From IMG/VR virus record IMGVR_UViG_3300043395_002349, positions 36,090-100,089 of that record: a stretch of 64,000 nucleotides of DNA; one strand, written 5' to 3'. The notes under the pieces are model-generated. The model was not told where the DNA came from. It did not search any database and worked only from the letters and a program-made list of their open reading frames with translations. Source of the stretch: a virus. A program made the translations under genes and the position numbers. How positions within the stretch are numbered: the first letter of the stretch is position 1; each line of letters begins with the position of its first letter. This document shows positions 11,301 to 21,900 of the stretch, in pieces.

Positions 11301-11480
11301 AGGTGACATTTCTAATTTAGCGTGTGCTAGGTCACCCGCTAAATAAATTAAGGAGTCTTCAACTCCTCTTTTCTTAATATCATCAAACAATCTATCAAAA
11401 ACTTCTCTATACTCTTGATGTCTTTTTAAGTTTCTAATATGAATGTCTGCGATATGATAAATTCTTTTTATTTTATTCAT
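8334..11480 (-). CDS. Fused SbcD/Mre11 nuclease - SbcC/Rad50 ATPase (gp47-gp46-like)
   Basis: DIH, GD, GNHD, GDIH phosphoesterase motifs; Walker A NASGKSS; CKFC zinc hook; CSGME signature; IDEGFGTLD; ISH. Confidence 0.95.
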   Translation of the reverse strand: MNKIKRIYHIADIHIRNLKRHQEYREVFDRLFDDIKKRGVEDSLIYLAGDLAHAKLEMSPELVNEINYFLKRCSELTHTILIAGNHDCNLNNVGRLDVLSPIVDALNLPNLVYLRDTSTYVYGGVRFDTFSIFDDKENWKFDELNSDTINIALFHGPILDATTDIGFTISSRHFTTEMFDGYDLALLGDIHRRQQMISPKGCKVVYPGSLVQQNHGEKLTEHGYAIWNLEDLSVEYADVPNDYGYYTLMVENGEVPDVTDMPKKPRLRVLVSKTDASDMKRVTTEIKKKYKVDEFTITRTDTLARLRTGNRDGKLNVGNVNDAQYQSGLIKDYLTRNYMLDDDTLGKIEDLNNKLNKRLTDDDLVRNILWKPIKFEFSNMFSYGENNIVNFENMKGLLGVFAPNASGKSSLFDALSFCIFDKSSRAFKAQNVLNNRKSEFFCKLEFEINEERFFIERTAKMNKKGDAVKVDVQFYKMEGDEVVSLNGTERRDTDKMIESYLGKYEDFVLTALSLQGNNSLFIDKSQSERKDLLAQFMGINVFDKLYDLASEDIKEVAVLLKNFKRTDFTTELANAENKLEELEELYEEEEIEKEGYEDRQEELNEQINELSAQLIPIDGNLNVTQLSDKRDGVLRAIKNTENVIETKESNIKTYSEKIEELSDVIKQKAKSDGIDIEIAYSNLQEEQKKLVEAEKVYSNAKVYLSLAEEKIKHLDNHQYDPNCKFCCDNTFVKDAMNAKNALPELQQIVTDALVDATSIQQTLDRWEGIEEQYNEYKELKEKHQKAKIIIDRAKAELATQHKDLELQQKNLETVESDIERYHANEASIQNNERLNNEIETKRSELGSVTKDLREINQKLLSANADIAKTKGYIQSVVDKMEEAKGLEEQFKIYEYYLDAVKRDGVSYELIAKALPVIEGEVNNILQQIVEFGIVFDMSGKNVNARIVYEDQHWPLEMCSGMEKFISGLAIRVALINVCNLPRPNFLVIDEGFGTLDSDNLQSIFMMFDYLKTQFDFINIISHLDAMRDIVDTLVEIKKIDGFSQIQYK

Positions 11481-11483
11481 ATC

Positions 11484-12494
11484 TTATTTTAAAATGGAAG
11501 AACTTATATTATATAGTTTTTCTTTTAATAAGCTTTCCCAACTCAAAGTTACGGATTTTTTCTGATATTTCAAAATATTTTGGAAGGAAATTTCACCAGC
11601 ATCTTTCTCATCTAACTTAATGTTTTTCACCGACTTTACATATGATTTAATTTTATCATATAAGTTTAACGCATCATCTTGAGCATCATTATCTAAACAT
11701 ATATAAACCATTTCAGGTTTTCTACTCTTTAATTCGTTATCTAACCTTTTTTGTATAAATTTACCCAATAACGGTATAGCATTTCTTTTTAGACCTATTG
11801 CATCAAATACACCCTCACATAAAGTAATAGGTGCATTCCAATTTACTTGATTTTCGAATACAATTACATCTTTACTAACAGGAGGATTTTTGTACTTTTG
11901 TTTTTCATCCACAAATATACTTCTTGCTATAAAGTAATTTAATTGATTATTTTTATCATAAGAAGGTATTATAATTCTACCAGCATACAAACCCGTTTTA
12001 CAAAAACCAATGTTATATCTGATAATATGTTTTTTATTTATACCTCTTCTTTTTAAATATGCAATTGCTTGTCCTTCAATTGGAGATTCTAAATTATAAC
12101 TTAAATCTAATGCAGAAATAAATTCTTCAGGTAATAATAAAGTTGAATGTGAATCATCTTCTTCATCAACCATTTCATCTAAATTTTCTAATATATCTTT
12201 TATTGTTGTAATCCAATCGTTATTATTCTTTTTTATTTTTTCTAATATCTTTGAATATGTTCCGGTAAAACTAGATAGATTAATTAAATCGGTATCATTC
12301 ATACCAACTCTTTTTCCTAAATAATGTAAGTTACCACCCGCATTACAAGTCCAACAATGGAACTTATGTGATTTATCGTTTATCTGTAATTTTTGTTTGT
12401 GGTGATGACAAAATGGACAATAATACGCATACTCATTCTTTTTAAGAGTAAGATGTGAACCTAAATACTTGTCAAATAGTTGTATTATTTCCAT
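11484..12494 (-). CDS. DNA primase (DnaG-like)
   Basis: CPFC...HCWTC zinc finger; Toprim EGVFD and LDND. Confidence 0.9.
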   Translation of the reverse strand: MEIIQLFDKYLGSHLTLKKNEYAYYCPFCHHHKQKLQINDKSHKFHCWTCNAGGNLHYLGKRVGMNDTDLINLSSFTGTYSKILEKIKKNNNDWITTIKDILENLDEMVDEEDDSHSTLLLPEEFISALDLSYNLESPIEGQAIAYLKRRGINKKHIIRYNIGFCKTGLYAGRIIIPSYDKNNQLNYFIARSIFVDEKQKYKNPPVSKDVIVFENQVNWNAPITLCEGVFDAIGLKRNAIPLLGKFIQKRLDNELKSRKPEMVYICLDNDAQDDALNLYDKIKSYVKSVKNIKLDEKDAGEISFQNILKYQKKSVTLSWESLLKEKLYNISSSILK

Positions 12495-12498
12495 TAAT

Positions 12499-12530
12499 CA
12501 AATATACAAAAAAAATACCTTAAATAAAAA
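12499..12530 (-). promoter_or_regulatory. Putative Bacteroidota sigma70 -7 element upstream of primase
   Basis: TATATTTG on the minus strand (12499-12506); -33 element imperfect. Confidence 0.5.
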
Positions 12531-14181
12531 AGTTTTCTAGTTTCTTTTCTGTACTTCCCACTAAATTATAAGGTCTAAAATCTTGTACTTCTATAAATGT
12601 TGAATTAAATTGTTCTTTTTCAATTCCCCAACCCTCAATACAACTATAATAACCAAACGGATATTTTTTTGTAATTACTAAATCTAAATATTTTCCATTA
12701 CCAACCCCAATTGTCATCAACACACAACTTTTACCATATCGGTTTAACTTTCTAAAATTTGCTACTAATCCTACAAAATATGTTTGATTACCTTCCGTTT
12801 CAACCCCCATATCAGGTAAGAACTCCTTTTTATCCCACCATCCTGTCTTTGTTAATTGATCGTATATTGTACCACTATTATCGTTTTGTAACTGCACACC
12901 ATTGATTATTGCTTCTCTTTTGTGTACCCACTTTTTATATGATGATTGATTATGTTTAAGTGTTGCTTCCCAAAACTTTTTAGGATTACGTGCTTTATGA
13001 TATGCTAATGCCCAAACCATTTGACCGTATGCTATTGAATGTCCTTTTGCAAACGAATATTTACGAAGATGTGTTAATTCTTCTAATACAGATTTATTAT
13101 TACATCTTTCTTTAAATTCTTTTATTATATCCTGTCTTAAATTTGCAAATCCTCTACGATACCTATCTGCTTCTGAAAGTGTACATCCAACTGCCGATGA
13201 TATAAATGTAAGTGCATCTTCATCATACACAAACATTGCTTTTCCATCTCTAAAATAACTTGCCTTTCTACCACCATCCGCTGCTGCAGGTCTGATAAGT
13301 GCTAATGCTAATGCAACATCGTACATATTCTTTGGTTGGATAGCTAGAATAGTTTTTCTCATTGTTCTACTCTCACTTTGTGTCAACCCTAATACATCAC
13401 CACTACATAATAATTCTGATGTAAGTTTATCATCAAATGGATAATCACATAATTTAGTTTGTGGATCTAATTCTCTTAGTTGTGCTAACCCTCTATTACA
13501 AAGTAAATCAATTTTTATCCAATTGTTATCTTCAACATCGTATTTATCTACTGCTATTTGGTTTTCTTTTAAAATTAAATCTTCAGGTATACCATCTTTC
13601 CAAATTACAATACCACCACAATGTTTACTCCAATTTCGTTGTGTACCCATTAATTCTTCGGCAATCTGATAACACTTTTGTTGTGTTTCTTTGTCACTAA
13701 AAATCTTTTCTACTTTAAAATATTTGGGAACGAACTTGCGATAACCACATTGTCGGATTGCTTCTCTTAATGCAGTTTTTTCAGAATATTTTACTCTGTT
13801 TGAAATACGAGAAACCATATTAGGATATATCTCACCCACATCTGAAAGTATTGTATCTCTTACATCGTATGGTACATCAATATCAAAATCAGGCTGGTCT
13901 TCTCTTGTCCAATTTAAGAATCTTTCTAACGGAATATTTTCTTTTATGGGGTCTATATCGTGAATACCCATATAGTATGCTACCAATGAACTAGCACCAC
14001 TTCCTCTTAATAACCAAAGTGAATTTCTTCGTTTGATAACTTGTACAATATCCCACACTTGTTTATAGGTTTCTACAAATCCCTTTGCCTCAATTATTTC
14101 AAACTCTTCTTTTAACCTTCTAACGTAATCAATGTGTGTTGGATATTCTTTTACAAATCGTTCTATCAACACTTTTGACAT
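12520..14181 (-). CDS. dnaE: DNA polymerase III alpha-like (C-family) catalytic subunit lacking the PHP domain
   Basis: RGSGASS, LERF, PDFDID, KHCGG, KIDLL, ALIRP, YSFAKGHSIAY. Confidence 0.9.
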   Translation of the reverse strand: MSKVLIERFVKEYPTHIDYVRRLKEEFEIIEAKGFVETYKQVWDIVQVIKRRNSLWLLRGSGASSLVAYYMGIHDIDPIKENIPLERFLNWTREDQPDFDIDVPYDVRDTILSDVGEIYPNMVSRISNRVKYSEKTALREAIRQCGYRKFVPKYFKVEKIFSDKETQQKCYQIAEELMGTQRNWSKHCGGIVIWKDGIPEDLILKENQIAVDKYDVEDNNWIKIDLLCNRGLAQLRELDPQTKLCDYPFDDKLTSELLCSGDVLGLTQSESRTMRKTILAIQPKNMYDVALALALIRPAAADGGRKASYFRDGKAMFVYDEDALTFISSAVGCTLSEADRYRRGFANLRQDIIKEFKERCNNKSVLEELTHLRKYSFAKGHSIAYGQMVWALAYHKARNPKKFWEATLKHNQSSYKKWVHKREAIINGVQLQNDNSGTIYDQLTKTGWWDKKEFLPDMGVETEGNQTYFVGLVANFRKLNRYGKSCVLMTIGVGNGKYLDLVITKKYPFGYYSCIEGWGIEKEQFNSTFIEVQDFRPYNLVGSTEKKLENFFI

Positions 14182-14186
14182 ATAAC

Positions 14187-14600
14187 TTATTCATCAAACC
14201 ACTTATCTGGTATGGTTTTATCGGCATATTTAAAACCGTTTTTCTCACACCAATCTGCGTAAGTTGTTTTGGATTTTTTATTAATTTTGTTTTTGGAATT
14301 CGTAAATACAAAACGAATATCTAAATTAGGATTTTGTTCCTTTACTAATAAATGTTTCTTCCTATCTGCAAGAACAAATCTACCTTTCGTTTCTACCCTA
14401 ATACCATTGGGTAACTTAAAATCAGGATTGTAAGTATGTTCAGAAGCAGGTATAATATAAGCCACTTTTTCGGACTCATATTCAACTTTAATACCTTTAC
14501 TTTCGATTTGTTGGGATATAGACTCCTCAAGACCTGATTTAAATCCATTCTTTTTTCCTACCCATTTTGAACTTTTTTTTGTAACCTTTTTCTTTGTCAT
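14187..14600 (-). CDS. Holliday junction resolvase, T7 endonuclease I family
   Basis: FKSGLE...YNPDF.LPNGI.VETKGRF...DIRFVF...TTYADWCEKNGF. Confidence 0.92.
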   Translation of the reverse strand: MTKKKVTKKSSKWVGKKNGFKSGLEESISQQIESKGIKVEYESEKVAYIIPASEHTYNPDFKLPNGIRVETKGRFVLADRKKHLLVKEQNPNLDIRFVFTNSKNKINKKSKTTYADWCEKNGFKYADKTIPDKWFDE

Positions 14601-14605
14601 TAACC

Positions 14606-14983
14606 TTATGGATTTGTAGGTTTTTTGTATCTTTTCACAGAGTTAAATCCTGTAATATTTGCACCATTGTATTTATAATCGTTATTAATATCTAATGGAT
14701 CAAAATCTGCGTTAGTTGTTTGTCCGCCTTCATTAATCATATTGAACAAACTAAAATTTTTATCACCAGGAGTTAAATTTGCAGTAAATCCTGAACTAGC
14801 ATCACCCTTATATTTAACAGGTCTTTCTTGTGGAGTTATACCTTTAATAAAGTCAGTTGTTACAGGTGCAGTTCCACCTGCTGCTTTAGCATTATCAAAC
14901 CCAACATATTCACCACCAAACTTTTTATTATCTTTGTAGGTATCTAATATTGAACCCTTCCATTGTACGCCATTTATTGCCAT
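14606..14983 (-). CDS. Hypothetical protein (probably virion-associated)
   Basis: Preceded by the TATTTATA motif; end of the structural block. Confidence 0.6.
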   Translation of the reverse strand: MAINGVQWKGSILDTYKDNKKFGGEYVGFDNAKAAGGTAPVTTDFIKGITPQERPVKYKGDASSGFTANLTPGDKNFSLFNMINEGGQTTNADFDPLDINNDYKYNGANITGFNSVKRYKKPTNP

Positions 14984-15020
14984 AGCTTAAATTCCTTTTG
15001 TTTTATATAAATATAATTAT

Positions 15021-15689
15021 TTATTTTATTTCGTAATCTTCTCTTTTAAAATAGGTATTATTAAAATCTATATTTTTTCTAATTGGATATGCTTCATAAA
15101 TTAATGGATTTTTTCCTAATCCCCAAAATCTGTTTTCAACATCCGTTCTTATAGTTCTATCACCAATTCTAGTATCTACTGATTTTGCGTATTCACCACT
15201 AACCGCCCAAAAATTACCTGTCATAAACCAAAACGGTTTATCCCAATCATATTCATGTTTACTTACACCATAAACATTATAATTTTTATTATCTAATATT
15301 TTTTTAATATTATCTATTTTTTCTAATAAAAAATAATTCATCATTTGTCTCCATGTAACAATTGAATTATAATTAGATTTATCAAAATGAGTAATTCCTT
15401 TTGTATGAATATAAATTATAATATCACTATCTTGAAATTTTTCCTTATCACCTTCTATAAGATTTAATGTACACCATTCTGAGTGGGCTGTTTGTAAATC
15501 TCTAATAATTCTTTTTTTATTTCTTAAAAAATGACATATATCATCTAACACTTTTATTTCATTCTCTAAACAAATTCCTATATTTAATTCGTAATCAAAA
15601 TTAAAGTGTTTTTCTATTAATGAAATTTGTTCTTCTACTATTGGAAGTACACCTTGTTTTGCAAAAATGTTGTAATAAATTCTAACCAT
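15021..15689 (-). CDS. Hypothetical protein, possibly glycosyltransferase-like
   Basis: YIHTKGITH...WRQMMNYF...GNFW motifs; function is inference. Confidence 0.5.
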   Translation of the reverse strand: MVRIYYNIFAKQGVLPIVEEQISLIEKHFNFDYELNIGICLENEIKVLDDICHFLRNKKRIIRDLQTAHSEWCTLNLIEGDKEKFQDSDIIIYIHTKGITHFDKSNYNSIVTWRQMMNYFLLEKIDNIKKILDNKNYNVYGVSKHEYDWDKPFWFMTGNFWAVSGEYAKSVDTRIGDRTIRTDVENRFWGLGKNPLIYEAYPIRKNIDFNNTYFKREDYEIK

Positions 15690-16975
15690 TATGTATCAAA
15701 TCTAACTAAAAAGTTCACAGGTAAATCAGGCATTGATTTTACAGGTGTTGCTAATTTAGCTACTGCAACCATTTCCATATTTTCATCATATAACCCAATT
15801 GTTGTAATATAAGGTGCCACATAACTTCCAGTTGGATCAATTGATGAACTATATTCATATTCTAAAAACATATCCTTTTGGTATTTGTCACTATTTCTCC
15901 ATTTTACCACATTATCACTAAATTTTTGTAACGAACACCCAATCAAACCATCCTCTAAAATTTCTCTAGCAAAAAAATCATAAATAGTGTTTGTATCTAT
16001 TGCTAATGTTACTTCATTACCACCATCATCAGTATAACGTACAAATCCACCATCACCACCTAATAAATCTGCTGCAGATGCATCTATTTGATATTTGGTT
16101 ATTGTATTTAGATATATTGTACCAACTTCAACATTAGTTTCTGTTATTGCAGTTGGATTTGTTGAAGCATTAAATTCATCTTCACCTACTACGATTAAAT
16201 ATTCGTTTTCATATATTGTATTTGTAGATTTAAACAATAAATCAAACGTAGGAATATCTTCTCTATTTCCACCTTCATTAGAATCACCTGTAATTATTAC
16301 AATGCCATGTGAATATATAAGATTCCCTATAATTCCTTTTTCTAAATTTGAATTAGTAAATATTCCTAAAAATGTAATTTTATTTGTTTGAAAATTTACC
16401 AAAACATCTAAAAATATATCTTCGTCTTGCAACAACATGCTACCATTTTCTAAATTAATAGAAATAATTTTTAATACTATTTCATTATTTGTTGCATCTA
16501 AAAAATAAAAATCATCATTTTGAAAATCAATTGATATAAAATCAAATTCATTGAGATTTGATATTAAATTTCCAAATCCATCATCATATATTGTTTCATT
16601 TAAATTTTCATTATATAATTGAAATGATAATGGTTTTATTTCTTCTCCAAATTTAATTTGCGGAATAGTAAATACTAATGCTCTTTCTTTTAAATTACGT
16701 TGTTTCCCTAATTCATTTTCTGTGTAAATAGGCTTAAATGTACCATATGATATAAATGGATTTAATGAATTATTTGCATTATAATACATTGTTTTTAATT
16801 GATGATACAATCCATTTTCTTTCAACTGTTCGTCTGTTAAAGTTGAAATATCACTTGAACTATAATCTTTTGCAATTAATTTTTTTAACCACCCATCACT
16901 CTCAGTTGCAGCCCATCTTTTGTAAGCTTTAAATGGTCTAATATTAATATCTGATTTTGGTATCTGTTTTAACAT
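15689..16975 (-). CDS. Virion structural protein with C-terminal tail-collar-fibre-like strand
   Basis: C-terminal PYITTIGLYDENMEMVAVAKL; paralogous to the next gene. Confidence 0.65.
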   Translation of the reverse strand: MLKQIPKSDINIRPFKAYKRWAATESDGWLKKLIAKDYSSSDISTLTDEQLKENGLYHQLKTMYYNANNSLNPFISYGTFKPIYTENELGKQRNLKERALVFTIPQIKFGEEIKPLSFQLYNENLNETIYDDGFGNLISNLNEFDFISIDFQNDDFYFLDATNNEIVLKIISINLENGSMLLQDEDIFLDVLVNFQTNKITFLGIFTNSNLEKGIIGNLIYSHGIVIITGDSNEGGNREDIPTFDLLFKSTNTIYENEYLIVVGEDEFNASTNPTAITETNVEVGTIYLNTITKYQIDASAADLLGGDGGFVRYTDDGGNEVTLAIDTNTIYDFFAREILEDGLIGCSLQKFSDNVVKWRNSDKYQKDMFLEYEYSSSIDPTGSYVAPYITTIGLYDENMEMVAVAKLATPVKSMPDLPVNFLVRFDT

Positions 16976-16999
16976 ATCGTATATAAATATCTCTTTAAC

Positions 17000-17022
17000 T
17001 AAAAACCCACCAAAAGGTGGGT
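17000..17022 (-). terminator. Rho-independent terminator
   Basis: ACCCACC-TTTT-GGTGGGT followed by a T tract on the minus strand. Confidence 0.8.
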
Positions 17023-17047
17023 CATTAGGTTATATGTTATATTATAA

Positions 17048-18274
17048 TTAGAAATCTAATTTAACTTTTAATAATAATTCTTTACTAAATGATTTTGCAA
17101 TTGGTTGTGAAGTTTTTGCTACTGCTAATAATTCATTTGCATCGTTGTATAAACCTACTGTTGTAATGTAAGTCATAGGTTCAACCACAAATGTTGGTTC
17201 TGTAAATGAACCAGTAGCATCTACAAATGTTGGATTATTTGAGAAGTTAAATTCTCTATTATTAACTCTTACAAAATAATGTGCTGTTGATACATTTTCT
17301 ATTCTTCTTGCTTCAAAATATTCACCCTTTTTAATTGCGTTGAATAATTTTTTATGGTTATATTCATCTGATATATAAGAACCAGATGGAGTTAATTCGC
17401 TACCTATTAAATTAGATAATGCACTAGGATTAAATACTAATACACCATAATCAGGATAAAATTTACCAAAACCATATCCGTTTGATGCAGTATAAGTTGA
17501 GATAGTAGCATCGTTATTTGTTCCTAAATTTAATGTTCCACTTACAATATTAAATTCATTTGTACCACTATTTGTGATATTGAATTTTTCACCACTATTA
17601 TCAATAAATGTAAATTCTCCATTAGAACCACTTAAACTAATTTCCCAGTTTCCTGCATCTATTCTTTCTCTATAATTAGAACGTGCTACGTTAATTACAT
17701 AGATATCATCCGATGCATATCCATCTTGAGTTGTTCCATCATAAAAACGGAATTTGTTTTCACCCGTATCTGTCAATAATGCTCTATATTGAAAATATGT
17801 AGCTTGTGTAGATAAAGTTGCATTAGGGTCAGCTGCTGTTGTTGGGGCTCCTGCACCACTAATATGTCCGTATGATACCGCAAATTCAACTCCTAAAGAA
17901 GAAGTTAATGCAGGATCTCCACTATATACGTTATAATAGTATTTACTTGCACTTGAACCATTATGACCAGCAATATTACTTGTAGAACCCGTATAAAACT
18001 CATATAAAGTTCCATTTCCGTTGCTCCATAATCCTGTAGTAACAATTTCATTTTTAGCTGGAACAATATCCGTTGTATTAAATGTTTTATATACAGAGTT
18101 TGTAGTTACTCCTGTTTCCATCACCAATTTTTCACCCGTTGTAAGGTAATTGTTGATAATTGCAGCTAATTGTGTTGTATCTAACACTCCATTAGCACTT
18201 TGTCTTTGTTGATTAAGATAATTTGCTAAATCGTTGGTTAATTGTGTACCAGTTGTTGAACCTAATGTTGCCAT
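17048..18274 (-). CDS. Virion structural protein (paralog of 15689..16975)
   Basis: REFNFSNNPTF...TYITTVGLYNDANELLAVAK. Confidence 0.65.
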   Translation of the reverse strand: MATLGSTTGTQLTNDLANYLNQQRQSANGVLDTTQLAAIINNYLTTGEKLVMETGVTTNSVYKTFNTTDIVPAKNEIVTTGLWSNGNGTLYEFYTGSTSNIAGHNGSSASKYYYNVYSGDPALTSSLGVEFAVSYGHISGAGAPTTAADPNATLSTQATYFQYRALLTDTGENKFRFYDGTTQDGYASDDIYVINVARSNYRERIDAGNWEISLSGSNGEFTFIDNSGEKFNITNSGTNEFNIVSGTLNLGTNNDATISTYTASNGYGFGKFYPDYGVLVFNPSALSNLIGSELTPSGSYISDEYNHKKLFNAIKKGEYFEARRIENVSTAHYFVRVNNREFNFSNNPTFVDATGSFTEPTFVVEPMTYITTVGLYNDANELLAVAKTSQPIAKSFSKELLLKVKLDF

Positions 18275-18291
18275 ATCAATGTTTTATATTT

Positions 18292-18912
18292 TTATCCTGC
18301 TACATAAGTAACTGTTACTGGAATAGTTACACTACCACCAGTTTCATTACCAAATATAGTCAATGTTGTTATTAATGTTGAAGTTAATGAACTATTTGGA
18401 ATAAACGTAAACGTTAAACCTCTTTCTACTTGTGCTGTTGCTGTTACACTATTAGTAAATGTTGTTGTAGTTGTTACGTTTGATAAACCTTCACCAACAA
18501 TAGTTCCCGCATTTTTATTACCTAAAACAGCAGTGTATCCACCATTCTTATTCCCAGCAGGAGATGTAGAAGGATTAATAGGATATTGACCACCTGTTGT
18601 TTTTGCTGCAATCGAAGATACATTGATAGAAACAACTGGAATTTTTTGAGTTCCCTTTGGTAAAGTTACTAATTTATATTTTAATGCCTGAGTTTCATCA
18701 GGAGATGCTTCTAAAATTGGAGTTTTTAAAATTGCGTAATCATAAAAGGAAGAACCCTTTGGATGTCCCGTATCATATAAATCATAATCAATTTCATCAT
18801 CACCCAACGCAAATTGTGTAATGTTCAAAGGTTGTCCTGCCGCTAATTTTTCTCTACCTTTTTTAGTTAAGATAGCGTCTACTGTAATTGTTGTGTTATC
18901 TAAGTATGCCAT
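18292..18912 (-). CDS. Virion structural protein with N-terminal tail-collar-fibre-like motif
   Basis: ILTKKGREKLAAGQPLNITQFALGDDEIDY. Confidence 0.65.
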   Translation of the reverse strand: MAYLDNTTITVDAILTKKGREKLAAGQPLNITQFALGDDEIDYDLYDTGHPKGSSFYDYAILKTPILEASPDETQALKYKLVTLPKGTQKIPVVSINVSSIAAKTTGGQYPINPSTSPAGNKNGGYTAVLGNKNAGTIVGEGLSNVTTTTTFTNSVTATAQVERGLTFTFIPNSSLTSTLITTLTIFGNETGGSVTIPVTVTYVAG

Positions 18913-18967
18913 AGTTCGTTTATTATTCTTTTATAAATATATAAAATATTTTTTCTTTACATTATTT

Positions 18968-21900
18968 TTAATCAACTTCTAATATCGGTTCATTATTACT
19001 TCTACCTTGAGCGGTTACTCTTAATGTAGTTGGATTAGTTGTGAATGTTTCAACTGCTGCTTTACCATCTATCGTTGTATATGTAGTTTGTTTAGAACCA
19101 AAATAGTAAGAGTTTTGTAAACCTGTTGTTTTATCCCCAGTATAAATATAATGCGTAGGTAAATATCCACTTGCAGTTACTACATTAACAATGTTAGAAT
19201 CTACTTCTAAACTTGATGATTGATTTAATTCTTGGATTATAAATTCAGTACGATATGATGGTACAACTACACTTTGTTGTGTATTTTGTACGTTTACTAA
19301 TATACAATCTATTAAAGCATTTGTATTTATTTCTCTTGCCGAAAAATTGTATTCATTTCCAGGAATAGGTGCTAAAACTTGTTCTACACCATTTAAATCT
19401 GTATAATTTACGAATCCGGCGCCACTTAAAGGATTTATTGCAGTTGCATCTATATAATATCCTGAATTTATTTGAGTTATTGTTGGTGTCTGTTTAGTTA
19501 CTAAAAATCCTCTAATTCCCTTAGATTTAAATACCCCATTTTCCTCGTAATGATATTTTCCATATCCATTTGTAAAATAAGTATTAAAACCATAATTAAT
19601 ATATTTTTCATCCATCCCAATAATCTGTCCTGCATTTAAAATATCCAATTCAGTTAATATAGATGCACTAATTCTATTATAATTAATAGTTCCATCATAT
19701 GTAATCCAATCACCATTTGCAATATTATCTGTTATACCAAATATTTCAGCAGTATGTGTAATATTATCTGCACCAAAGTTATATATTTTAGATGCATCTA
19801 AATCTGCATCTTTTGATATAACATCACCATTAATTTTTTCAATAGATTCTGTTAAATTTAAAATACCTTCATTATAATCAAATGTAGAGTATAAATCAGT
19901 AATTTGCGTATCAGTTACAACACCTTCTAAACTTTCCGCCTGTACTGATGGTTTATTTCTTTTTACTTTACTCCTTTCCAAAAAGTGTGGTGCTATTAAT
20001 AAACCAGTAGTAACAACTGCTCTAGCTGGTAACATTTCTCTTAAATTGATAAATAAAGATTTATCATAATATTTTACCAAACGTATAAATTCATATAAAT
20101 TTCTTTCACCAACTCGTCTGAAATAATAGGTTCTTAATTCATCTAATTCAGGATATGTTGTATATCCGTATTCGTATTCCGGATTTCCTATATAATCATC
20201 TAAACTTTCACCACCCAATGATTTTGCAATATCCAAATCCAAATCTTTATTAGGTGAGAAAAATAATCCAACTCTATTAGAATCCTTTGCTGAAGTATCA
20301 AACGCTTTTTTGGTTGCTCTTTTTGTTGGCGATAAATTTGCTACTAAAGTTTGTTCTTCTAATCTTACTTTATTTGTATAGTATCTACTTGCACCGGTGT
20401 TAGGTATAACTAAAGAAATTTCTCTTTCATATACTTCATAGTTAAATGGATAATTAGTCTGAACACCAAACCCACTTGCACTCACATTTGTTACATAATC
20501 TAAATATGGTGCTACATTATTAATTGAACCGGTTAATGATAAATCTTGTGGTCTTTCAAAATCAAGTCTTATCAATAAATCATCAGTAGATGCTGAAATA
20601 TGATTACCATTAATTGCTTCTGAATTTATAACATGATTATCAAACACACTTTCACTCAATGCTGTTTTCCAAATTCTTAATTCTTCTAAACTACCACTAA
20701 AACCATGTCCATTTCCACCAAAATAAAGTGAAGTATTATTAGTAAAATCAACACTACTTGTTATCCACTCACCTTGTGTTACAATTGTATCTTTATCATT
20801 TGAGGCAGCATATACTATAAATGAAGAACCACTTAATTGTGCCAATATTGTATGATAGTTACCATCATAAAAAGGATAAGAAGTAGAAACCTGATTTCCA
20901 TTAATTGTAAATTTACCAAATATTCCATTTGTATTAATTACACTAATTCCCAATTCAAACCCACTTGCACTTATAAACGTATAGTTTTCTAATTCTGCAG
21001 GTTTTATTTTAAATTCAATTGCCTCAAATGTTGATGCTGTAACTGGAACTTCTATTTTTGCATTTGTATTATCAAATACTAAATTATGTGTTAAACTATT
21101 ATAAATAAATTTAGGCGAATCCGTTACCGTATCTGTATTTGGTCCACCAAATTCTATAATAGATAAATTAGATGATGGAATACCATAACAAGTTAATAAT
21201 GCATTTATACCTCTTATACTTCCTCTGTGCTTTAATAAATAAGGTAAGTTATTTGCAATTCTTCTCCAAATTTGTTTTGTTGCTTGTTGTGGTGTTATTA
21301 AAGTGTCATTATCACCTAAATAATTATCGGATGTAAGTGAACCTACAACTCCATCATTATTTACACCAAATGTATATTCCCAAAGTTGTTTATTTGAATT
21401 AAGATTTTTTGCATCCCACCCAAATGATTTCAAATATTGATATAAAAAATCATCATTAATACCAACTGTATTTGTTTCACTAATTTTCTTTTGTTCTGTG
21501 ATTCCTTTGATATATGCCCAAATAATATCAAAATAATTACCAATCATATCTAAGAATAATAAAAATTCTGCATTATTACTATCTTCTATAATGTGTAATG
21601 GTAAATTTCTTTTTAATAAGTTGTTATTATCTTTATCATATGTACTTGCTAATTCATAATAATCTGCATATAAATTTGTAGTATTTGAATAATAACCAAC
21701 AGGTTTTCCACTACTAAATCCACCCGATACAAATGAAGATGTGAATATACTTTGTGTAAGGTATGTTTCCCAACCATCAAAACCGGTAATTAAATTGGAT
21801 TTTTTAGTTTCAATATTCTTTATATCTAAATTTAATGTAATTGTATTATTTGATGAACTTACACTTAAATTTTGTATTTGCCAATCATAATATTCGGCTA

